Shown here: positions 18,384 through 26,132 of the stretch, one piece after another | Numbering within the stretch: the first letter of the stretch is position 1 | How the letters are laid out: each line of letters starts with the position of its first letter | Virus record (IMG/VR): IMGVR_UViG_3300047491_000179 | Location: 1 to 42,027 of that record | DNA from: a virus | Lineage: Duplodnaviria; Caudoviricetes | Strand: one strand, 5' to 3' | DNA: 42,027 nt | The notes under the pieces: model-generated | Told to the model about the DNA's origin: nothing | The model's database searches: none | Seen by the model: only the letters and a program-made list of their open reading frames with translations | Position numbers and translations under genes: made by a program

Positions 18384-19367
18384 TTACGGCAAGGTTGCCA
18401 CGCCGTTCGTGACAACAACATTCAGGTAATTCGCCATCGCAGTGTCGTAAATAGCTTGGAACTTTAGCTCGACTATTTGCGCTCCCTCTTTATCGCCGTA
18501 TAGCGTGTAATTGTCGTTCATGGCACCTGAGAACTGTATCTCTGCAGACTTTGTGCCAGACACCGTCTTCAACTGAATCACGGTAGGTAATCCCGCATTG
18601 AGGGTGTTGGTGATATACGTCTTTACCGCAGATGTGTACAACAAAGACAGCGTAAGAGTAGGCATCACCTTATCATACACAAATGATGTGGGTTCCAAAC
18701 TTGCGGCGGTGTATACTGGCTTTAGCCCGTTATCAACGTCCAACCCGAATGACACCAATGTGTTAGTGAATGCTGTCGTTCCCGGCGTCACGCCTGCGCT
18801 ATCCATCGCAAGCGTTGTCGGAGGTGTAAGCACAACTTCCACAGTCCTGTTTCCGATAGCTGGCGTAAGCGAACCGCTGATTACGTGTGTTTTGTAAAAC
18901 CCAGACATCGTTGCTTCCCATTGTGCTGACGCCTCTCCTTTTATGCTCCACTTGTTAATCAGACATCCTTTTGCCTGCACCGTCCCGATATCATACCCAA
19001 ACTCAAAGCTGTATGATTGGGCAGACCATGCGCTAGCCAGCGGTGCCCCATACGTCCACACATACGGCCCAGCGCCCGTAGGCGTCACCACGCCAAGCCC
19101 CCCGCTCAGCATATAAAGAATATCCTCATACGTGACATGCGTGTTTATGCTGAATTCACCGCCTTTTTGCAGTATCGCATTCAGATAACCGGGCGCCAAG
19201 GTTCCCCGCTGTTCCTCAAACATTGTAGACTTGTAATACGGTGTAAACGACGGCGTAGGTTGTACACCCATCCATTTCGCAGTAGCCGATGCTGACGTAC
19301 CCCAAACAGTTTCCTGAAAGCTTTGCAACGTAATTAATCGAGTTGCGAGTGTAGTTGATGTAGGCAT
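18384..19367 (-). CDS. Major tail tube protein
   Basis: QETVWGT N-terminus, YVWTY, SYSFEFG; position in the tail module. Confidence 0.8.
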   Translation of the reverse strand: MPTSTTLATRLITLQSFQETVWGTSASATAKWMGVQPTPSFTPYYKSTMFEEQRGTLAPGYLNAILQKGGEFSINTHVTYEDILYMLSGGLGVVTPTGAGPYVWTYGAPLASAWSAQSYSFEFGYDIGTVQAKGCLINKWSIKGEASAQWEATMSGFYKTHVISGSLTPAIGNRTVEVVLTPPTTLAMDSAGVTPGTTAFTNTLVSFGLDVDNGLKPVYTAASLEPTSFVYDKVMPTLTLSLLYTSAVKTYITNTLNAGLPTVIQLKTVSGTKSAEIQFSGAMNDNYTLYGDKEGAQIVELKFQAIYDTAMANYLNVVVTNGVATLP

Positions 19368-19380
19368 TTATTCCCTTCCT

Positions 19381-19872
19381 TTATCCCGCTATGGTCAGCG
19401 GGAACGCTTCCCTGACTTTCAAGTTAAACATCAATCCGACAAATGACGTAGTACCGTACTGATACTCCTCTAATGACCAGTTCGTAATCGATGCGTCAAT
19501 TATAAACGTCAAATCCTGCACGCCAGACGGTGTGTCCGACAATCTCAAATGCTTGGCAAACGCTTCAAATACGACATCACGCCATGTAAGCGCAACGTTT
19601 ATGCTGTCCCTCAAATTCATATTGGCTTCCCGCCTGCTCAAACATAGGTGCATTCTGATGTCGGTATCAACAAACTGCAAGCCTCCCGTGGCTAGAAAAC
19701 TTGTCCCAGTACCGTCTATCTCGTTAATAAAAAACGGACAGACAGCAGATGATACGTCAGACGGGGGGTAAGGTTCCGCTTTTGCTATAGCGCTAGACGG
19801 ATAACCGCCTGTAAGCACTATAGCAGACTGTATCTTTGCAACCCTTTCCGCAATTTGATTACCCTGTGACAT
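19381..19872 (-). CDS. Tail terminator/completion protein
   Basis: Position before the tube gene; size; start MSQGNQ. Confidence 0.6.
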   Translation of the reverse strand: MSQGNQIAERVAKIQSAIVLTGGYPSSAIAKAEPYPPSDVSSAVCPFFINEIDGTGTSFLATGGLQFVDTDIRMHLCLSRREANMNLRDSINVALTWRDVVFEAFAKHLRLSDTPSGVQDLTFIIDASITNWSLEEYQYGTTSFVGLMFNLKVREAFPLTIAG

Positions 19873-20173
19873 TATCACGCTTTGCTTTCTGGCGAACTTC
19901 GCCAGCATCCGCTTTTGCGCTAGCTTCCCAAGGCACGTCCGGCATCTTGTAACCTTCGGGTTGCTCAGCTTTAGGTCCGTCTACCGCCGGAGGTGTATCT
20001 AGTACAACAGTTTTCGATTTGCTAGATTCTGCCTTTTTCTCAAGCACAACCTCGTAAACGCCAGCAGTCACAGCATACCCGATATAATGCCGATACCGCT
20101 CTTCGATTTCTTCTATGTCGAAGTCCCTCTCGGGTAGATAGTTTATATGCCCGCCAAGATATTTAAGTTTCAT
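19859..20173 (-). CDS. Small virion-region protein (LPERDF motif)
   Basis: 104-aa ORF. Confidence 0.6.
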   Translation of the reverse strand: MKLKYLGGHINYLPERDFDIEEIEERYRHYIGYAVTAGVYEVVLEKKAESSKSKTVVLDTPPAVDGPKAEQPEGYKMPDVPWEASAKADAGEVRQKAKRDNVTG

Positions 20174-20177
20174 GATT

Positions 20178-20798
20178 TTAGTTTCCTATTCTTGCCCATT
20201 GTCGCAAATCAGCGCGTATATCTGGAGGCATAGCAATTGGCACCTCCATAAGGCCGAGTTCTGCTGTAACCACACGCCCTAATGGCGCTTCGCGCAATTT
20301 ATATATCCACCATGACAAACGCAAAGCAATTGACTTGAGCCCCGCAGGTATACTGCTATACCCGCCCGTGTACGTCCATTTCACAAATATTTGCCCCGTA
20401 GTACGACTATTTAATACAGGCGCTGATGATTTCACCCTTACAGTCCATGCGTCAGGCGCAATAGGACTTGCGGACGATGGCAGTATGATGTCGTCTGCAT
20501 TCCACGATAATGTTTGCCATCCGCTCTTCCCAGACACGACATCCCTTAGCTTTACTTCCGTCACCGCTGTGACTGGCCCTCTTTCTATAGCTCTTAGGTT
20601 CAACCACCCGTAGGCATCCACGAATGGATTTACCGTCATAACAAGCGTTTCTGTGGCTTCATCAAAAGCAGACCCAGTAATCAACGTCATTTCCGCTTGC
20701 GCCCTATCTATGGACGATTGCAACGTAACATCATCCGCTGTTGCAGTTGCCGGTATTTGCCCATAAGTCTTCAAGTCGGTTAGAGTGATATATGCCAT
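20178..20798 (-). CDS. Head-tail connector/adaptor
   Basis: MAYITLTDLKTY, YTGGYSSIPAGLK, MPPDIRADL. Confidence 0.82.
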   Translation of the reverse strand: MAYITLTDLKTYGQIPATATADDVTLQSSIDRAQAEMTLITGSAFDEATETLVMTVNPFVDAYGWLNLRAIERGPVTAVTEVKLRDVVSGKSGWQTLSWNADDIILPSSASPIAPDAWTVRVKSSAPVLNSRTTGQIFVKWTYTGGYSSIPAGLKSIALRLSWWIYKLREAPLGRVVTAELGLMEVPIAMPPDIRADLRQWARIGN

Positions 20799-20810
20799 AT
20801 AACACCTTTT

Positions 20811-20839
20811 TGCCCGCTGGGGCTTAGCCCCAGCGGGCA
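20811..20839. terminator. 13-bp GC-rich hairpin after the capsid gene
   Basis: tgcccgctggggc/gccccagcgggca; no U-tract on the minus strand, so it may stabilise mRNA rather than terminate. Confidence 0.55.
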
Positions 20840-20850
20840 TCTGTTTATTG

Positions 20851-22383
20851 TTATGCTACCCTTGCTCCGACAATCGCACTCTGCGCTATCGGGTGATAGC
20901 ACTTCAACGTTTCAGTCCAGAATGTCGAGAACGGGAACGAACGGTCTGAACGTGCCAGCTCAAAGTAAGTATACGGGGTCTGCACGTCAAGCGCAAACCC
21001 TCTTGCTTCCCTTGAATACTGATAAGGAATACGTTCAGACAGGAAAAGGAATGTTCCGTCTGGCATGTAAGGATGCGCCCACACCGGAATTGTAGCAGGT
21101 TGCTGACCCATCAATGAAGCGGCATATTTGTTGAGGTAACCTCCCACAAACACGCCACCAGTAAACGAACCACGTTCCGGCGCGATTTCCAGACGATACA
21201 TGGCGGCGTTATTGGCCGCAATCAGCTTGTCTGTCAGGTTCGAGGTAGAAGCGGGCGAACACACAATCAAGGTCGGATTGATAACCCACTGCGTCCACAA
21301 CTGCTGAAGAATATAATCAAACTCTGATACGCCAGAGCCCGCGGTTGTCAACGTGCCGCCATCCATATCTTTGATGATACGTCCGGTCAGCGATTGCCCG
21401 TATACTGTGCTTTTCTCAGCCCACGATATCAAGCCTTCAAACACGTTGGCGTTTGCAGTCCCATCTAAACTGGGGGGCGTCGGGTCGGTGTTTACACCAA
21501 CTGCCCACAGTTGCACATGGTTGACGGTCACATACGTCTGCCCAGAAGGCACGGTAATAGTCCCGCCTGTAGTAGCAAGAGGCGTGGTGCCTTTGTCGCA
21601 GTACTTCAAGCTGGTCAACGGGTTCAGCAAATAGGTTGCTCCCGCTCCACCGCCAGCGGCGGCGTTGACGTAAACCTTGTAACCTACTGCGCCTTCGACA
21701 GCTGGCCATGAGACATCCAAATAGTCAGCACCAGCCGCGGGCACGGTAATCACAACAGAGCCAGCGGTGCTTTCACCAACTGCCGAATTACCGGATGCGT
21801 TGGTAATGCTTCCCTGTAATGTCAGCGCAGTTACTTTTACAGTCCACGCGCCCACGCCGTAGGTTCCTACTGCATGTGCGGATGAGTAGTTGCCAGTAGG
21901 CACCGGAGCTGAGATAGCCGCGGTGTTGCCACCGAGGGTGATGAGTTCTTCCAGCCTGATAAGCGTTGACAGGGTCATGCTGGTTTCAATCGCCATAGGG
22001 TCATCATACCCCTGCGCCATCGGAATAGCCTCGAACTGCACAGAACCCTTTACCGCTTGGGTCTTGTAATCCGCTCCGATGGTTGTGCTGTTATCAGTCA
22101 CATCAGGTCCAGTTGCGCCGAATGCAGTACCGAAACTGGCAGCTGCTCCAAAGCCGAATGAGCCATATCCCAATTGCATACGCCATTGTGCTGAGGTACC
22201 GCCCATTTTAGGTCGGTCTGCTGGAAGCCTGTTTCTCAATCCTGCATACAATGGCAATAATAGTTTGGCGGTCTGCTCTAGGTTAATCCCGACAAACCCT
22301 GAACTTACAGTCAACGCCTTCGCAATCAAATCGGCGTCGTTAGAACCCATCAATGATTTTAAGTTATCTAAATCGCGATACAT
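20851..22383 (-). CDS. Major capsid protein with an inserted FN3/Ig-like domain
   Basis: Position after the protease; INLEQTAKLLLP, LEELITLGG, FEGL, AHPYMPDGT; insert LDVSWPAVEGAVGYKVY. Confidence 0.8.
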   Translation of the reverse strand: MYRDLDNLKSLMGSNDADLIAKALTVSSGFVGINLEQTAKLLLPLYAGLRNRLPADRPKMGGTSAQWRMQLGYGSFGFGAAASFGTAFGATGPDVTDNSTTIGADYKTQAVKGSVQFEAIPMAQGYDDPMAIETSMTLSTLIRLEELITLGGNTAAISAPVPTGNYSSAHAVGTYGVGAWTVKVTALTLQGSITNASGNSAVGESTAGSVVITVPAAGADYLDVSWPAVEGAVGYKVYVNAAAGGGAGATYLLNPLTSLKYCDKGTTPLATTGGTITVPSGQTYVTVNHVQLWAVGVNTDPTPPSLDGTANANVFEGLISWAEKSTVYGQSLTGRIIKDMDGGTLTTAGSGVSEFDYILQQLWTQWVINPTLIVCSPASTSNLTDKLIAANNAAMYRLEIAPERGSFTGGVFVGGYLNKYAASLMGQQPATIPVWAHPYMPDGTFLFLSERIPYQYSREARGFALDVQTPYTYFELARSDRSFPFSTFWTETLKCYHPIAQSAIVGARVA

Positions 22384-22397
22384 GCTGTCCTCCGTAA

Positions 22398-24188
22398 TTA
22401 ACTTTTAGGCGCAAGCGCAAAGAACTTTTGCGAATTTACGCCAGCTTCGTATAAAGATTGTTTGGCTAATTCGTCCACTCGCATATACAGAGCGGGCATA
22501 TCTCCAGCTTTAGCAATTGCACCTTTTAGGTCGCCCGCTCGCAATAGCTCACCGACAGGGTCTAACTGCACAGCGGATTTCTGAGGCACGTCACCTGCTG
22601 GTGCATTCTTCGCAACGTTCCCATTTAGCAACGCCATAATCTGACCGATAGCAGATTCTATCGCATCCAGGCGTGAACTTGAATCATTTCCGCTGACTGA
22701 TGGCGAAGAACCTGTTTCAGTCGCTGTACTGTCTACTTTTGTAGCAGTCATAGTGCTGGTCGGTTTGGTCGCGGTGCTCGCTGTTTCTGCCGTCCCCGTG
22801 GCGGTCTCCGATGGTTTAGTTTCGGATGGTTTGGTTTCCAACGGTTTGGTTTCTGTGCTCATTGCCGCTTTTATGGTGTCAACACCTGTGCTGGTATCTG
22901 CGCCTGTCGGTTTGGCGGTTTCGGTATCTACCGGAGTAGCGGCATCAGCCCCGACTTCCAGCGCAGACATCGCCTGCACAAGCATATCTCTTGCTTTCTC
23001 TGGGTCTGAGCCGATTGCTTCAATCGCGCCGTTTACCGTGGCTTTTACATCTGACAGCAAACCAGCCACGGACGCTTTAGTCATGTCACTCATAACATTC
23101 TCCCTTTCGACCCTCTTTTTAGTAGGGTCATACTTGAACATCTCGCCTGTCGTATCCGCAGATATCCTCGCGATTCGCCTACCCAATACAGCCCACTCTC
23201 TAGGTGTATAGGTAGCAATCCCTTTACCGACGTTGTAAAGCTTGACGCTTTCGTACGCCCGCATCTTATTATCGCAAGCATACCGCCAGTTGGCTGGGTC
23301 GCCGTATTTCTTATAATCGCTAGATAATCCTTCTGTCGCTCCCGTGGGCGAGTCTGGTCGGCGTATAATGCCGATTGTTTTGCCTAACTGGGTCAAACGT
23401 TCAACATCCTCGTTGACGTTGCCCTTGGCAACGACCTCTTTGATTACTTTCAAATCCTCCACAGCCTGAGCAAATCTCCCAAGCGTTTCTTGGTCGATAC
23501 CTGCTCCCGCCGTCACTTCAACGAGTTTGACCTCCGGTATATTCGATTCTGTGCTCTCCATGTTGTCTGGCACATCCTCTACTGATGTATCGCCTTCTGG
23601 TTTCATAAACTCGGCAAATGATAACTCCTCTTCCTCTTCTTCTTCAGCGATTGCTTCCGATTTTAGCTCTTCCCCGAAATAGAAATTGTTGATAACCTGC
23701 CTGCTCCCGCCATCTTTCCTCATGCTTTTGTCGACCTTCACCAGCGTTATAACAGCTTGCGGGTTAGCGGGAACGTCCACCAAACTGATTTCTGTCAAAG
23801 CCATCTTTTTAATGATTCTGGTAGAACCTTCGTATGCCCAATCCAACGCTCTACCGCCAATCGAGAACCCTTTAAGCACGCCCTCTTTGACTTTTGTCAG
23901 CGCATCTTCCCCGTCTCTCGATTTGGACAAATACACTTGAACTCCAACACGCTTAGCGTCTTTATCCCCCCACCAGTTTTTTAGCATTCCAACAGCTTTG
24001 GGCTGGTGCATTTCCCTTATGCCCAAGGTTTCGGCGTCTCCAGTCATTGTGTCGACCATGACATCATAAGGTATACGGTCGCCCTGTCGGTCTTTTTCGT
24101 CTGTAGATGCCCACCCCTCAACTATGCGCTGTTCGGCGTCTATCTTCGTTATCTCCAAGCCGAAATGCAAATTACGCGATTTTGCCAT
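22398..24188 (-). CDS. HK97-type prohead protease fused to a DUF6582-like domain and scaffold
   Basis: RIVEGWAST..DRQGD, REMHQ, GFSIGG, EISLVDVPANPQA; KYGDPANWRY; T/S/E-rich tail. Confidence 0.88.
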   Translation of the reverse strand: MAKSRNLHFGLEITKIDAEQRIVEGWASTDEKDRQGDRIPYDVMVDTMTGDAETLGIREMHQPKAVGMLKNWWGDKDAKRVGVQVYLSKSRDGEDALTKVKEGVLKGFSIGGRALDWAYEGSTRIIKKMALTEISLVDVPANPQAVITLVKVDKSMRKDGGSRQVINNFYFGEELKSEAIAEEEEEEELSFAEFMKPEGDTSVEDVPDNMESTESNIPEVKLVEVTAGAGIDQETLGRFAQAVEDLKVIKEVVAKGNVNEDVERLTQLGKTIGIIRRPDSPTGATEGLSSDYKKYGDPANWRYACDNKMRAYESVKLYNVGKGIATYTPREWAVLGRRIARISADTTGEMFKYDPTKKRVERENVMSDMTKASVAGLLSDVKATVNGAIEAIGSDPEKARDMLVQAMSALEVGADAATPVDTETAKPTGADTSTGVDTIKAAMSTETKPLETKPSETKPSETATGTAETASTATKPTSTMTATKVDSTATETGSSPSVSGNDSSSRLDAIESAIGQIMALLNGNVAKNAPAGDVPQKSAVQLDPVGELLRAGDLKGAIAKAGDMPALYMRVDELAKQSLYEAGVNSQKFFALAPKS

Positions 24189-24220
24189 GCTTCACCTCAT
24201 AATACATTATACATGATTTA

Positions 24221-24664
24221 TCAATGGGAGTAGCTTTCTATTCCTTTCCGAAAGCCCGCCTCCATCTCATTCTGGATTTTCTCTTTCATCCCAGTCCAGA
24301 TGTAGCCCTTCGACTGTTTTGCATATATCCATTGTCCCGTCCTCCCACAACGCCATCTCAGAAATTTCTTGTTTATAGGCACTATCATCTTACGCGCTGG
24401 ACCGTACAAACCCGTCCCAAACAAAGGGTATTTCAAATAATGCGTTGAGCCGAATTCCATCTCTTGACCAGTTTTCGTTATCTTAAATCCAGCTTTCTTT
24501 CTCGTTGCGCCTGTCCTTACATAGCATGGACTTTTCGGCAATTGGGAGTAAGTCACTAATGCGCCTCTGAAGTTCCCTCCAGCTCGCAACAAGCCAGCGT
24601 TCCACCTCTCAACCGGCTTGCTTATCCACGGGAGTTTTTTTATGTTCCATTCCATTTGTATCAT
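24221..24664 (-). CDS. HK97 gp10-like neck/tail-completion protein
   Basis: YVRTG, FGTGLYGP..IVP.NKKFLRW; RBS AAGGAGGT before ATG at 24664. Confidence 0.6.
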   Translation of the reverse strand: MIQMEWNIKKLPWISKPVERWNAGLLRAGGNFRGALVTYSQLPKSPCYVRTGATRKKAGFKITKTGQEMEFGSTHYLKYPLFGTGLYGPARKMIVPINKKFLRWRCGRTGQWIYAKQSKGYIWTGMKEKIQNEMEAGFRKGIESYSH

Positions 24665-24797
24665 CGCCAACCTCCTTGGCATCACGCTCTGCTTTTTTAT
24701 GCCCGTATGGCGCAGTAATCTCTTCGCCCCAAATCCGTGCCGTGGCTTGATTTGCTGTTTGTTTTTCATTTCGCTCAGGTGTATTCTTTTTACTCAT
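24609..24797 (-). CDS. Possible 62-aa protein directly after MuF-ART
   Basis: ATG overlaps the end of MuF; hydrophilic; overlaps the next gene by 56 nt. Confidence 0.35.
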   Translation of the reverse strand: MSKKNTPERNEKQTANQATARIWGEEITAPYGHKKAERDAKEVGDDTNGMEHKKTPVDKQAG

Positions 24798-26130
24798 AGG
24801 TTCCCTCAATTAGCATCGTCTCTCGATTGTTTTTCGTATATTTGCTGATAGCCGTAATCGTGATTTTAGCGTTTCTAGGAAGCAGAACCTCAGCTTCGGT
24901 GTTTATTCTAGACAGGTTGTTGGCATTGAGATATGCCGCTTTCGCGCCAGCCTTCGCTATGATGTTAAATTCTATACGGTAATTATTAGCGCTTAAGAAA
25001 TCATCTATCACACCACTCACCGCGGTTGTAGATAAGAATCCTTTGTCCCATATCGTGTCGCCAACTTTCACGACTCCATTTTCGATGTCGTTGTATAACG
25101 GCTCATGCGCTGTACCGCGTTTCAATAGTACGTCAAAGGGCAACTGGGTTTTATCAATCGCCGCGTCCAAAAGCTTTGTCTGCTTGGCCGCGTCAGGATA
25201 CCTAGGGTTACTGTAATCTTCATCTCTAGCGCAGGCGTTTATGCCTCCATATGCAATACCCGTATAATCCGAGATTGCAGTTTGCTCGTCAAATGTAAGG
25301 TTGTCTGCCCATTGTTGGTACGAAGGTATCAATGCTAAGTCCGCGTCATCCACGTCGGCGTATTCTTGATACTGCCCATCTCCCTGTGGTGCAGACAGCG
25401 GCTCAGGTGGCACATTTTCTGCAGCTATAGCGTTCGCCTCTGTTGTCTCCGTAAAACTCATTTCGCAGTTGCACCTTGGGTGCATCGGCGGCTTGATGTC
25501 GTAATCGCTTAGTTTGTATGGCGACTCGCTAGCCTTGCTTGCGCAGTCATCACAAGTATTTTCATAAAGAGGAACCCAGACCCAATGGTCCACGCCTATT
25601 GTTTCCATAACATCCGTCATTACTAAAGCCGATAGCCGTGTCGTTTCTGTTATCGCGATACTTCTCGCTCGCTTTTCATCGAATAGTTTGCGCATTCTTG
25701 CCTCTAACGCTTCCCAATCCTCTTTAGGGTCGACTACCCATTCAGCGATGCCAGTTCGCAATACGTCCTGCGTGTTAGCCGTTATACCATCTATGTAAAT
25801 GCCCAAAGTATTTGCATAGTATCGCATTTTGTCGGCTACGTCATACTCAAAATCTTTGTTTTTGTCATGCCAGTACTCTTGTTCGGGCGTCACTATAGTT
25901 TTTGCCGCTCTCGAAAAAGCTTCTGTCATTCCTTCTTTGAATGTAGTACTCCATTCTTCCCAAACGTCAGGATTATCGAACATGTCTTTCTTCAGGGTTT
26001 TCATGCCTTTGAGTTCTGCTAATACCACGCGCCATTGCTTTTGCAACAATCCATACGCGGCATCATACACCTGACGCTCTGCTTCTTTACGCGCCTTCTT
26101 CTTTTTGTTTCTGCGTATGGTTTCCTTCAC
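24790..26130 (-). CDS. MuF/SPP1 gp7-like minor head protein with C-terminal VIP2-like ADP-ribosyltransferase
   Basis: RARSIAITETTR, PPMHPRCNC; YT...INA, LKRG, GFLSTT, EAEVLLPRN. Confidence 0.9.
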   Translation of the reverse strand: MKETIRRNKKKKARKEAERQVYDAAYGLLQKQWRVVLAELKGMKTLKKDMFDNPDVWEEWSTTFKEGMTEAFSRAAKTIVTPEQEYWHDKNKDFEYDVADKMRYYANTLGIYIDGITANTQDVLRTGIAEWVVDPKEDWEALEARMRKLFDEKRARSIAITETTRLSALVMTDVMETIGVDHWVWVPLYENTCDDCASKASESPYKLSDYDIKPPMHPRCNCEMSFTETTEANAIAAENVPPEPLSAPQGDGQYQEYADVDDADLALIPSYQQWADNLTFDEQTAISDYTGIAYGGINACARDEDYSNPRYPDAAKQTKLLDAAIDKTQLPFDVLLKRGTAHEPLYNDIENGVVKVGDTIWDKGFLSTTAVSGVIDDFLSANNYRIEFNIIAKAGAKAAYLNANNLSRINTEAEVLLPRNAKITITAISKYTKNNRETMLIEGTYE

Positions 26131-26132
26131 GT

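Noticed and set aside
22800-22860. ETKP(S/L) 15-bp repeats
   Set aside because: Ordinary low-complexity scaffold linker in the protease fusion.
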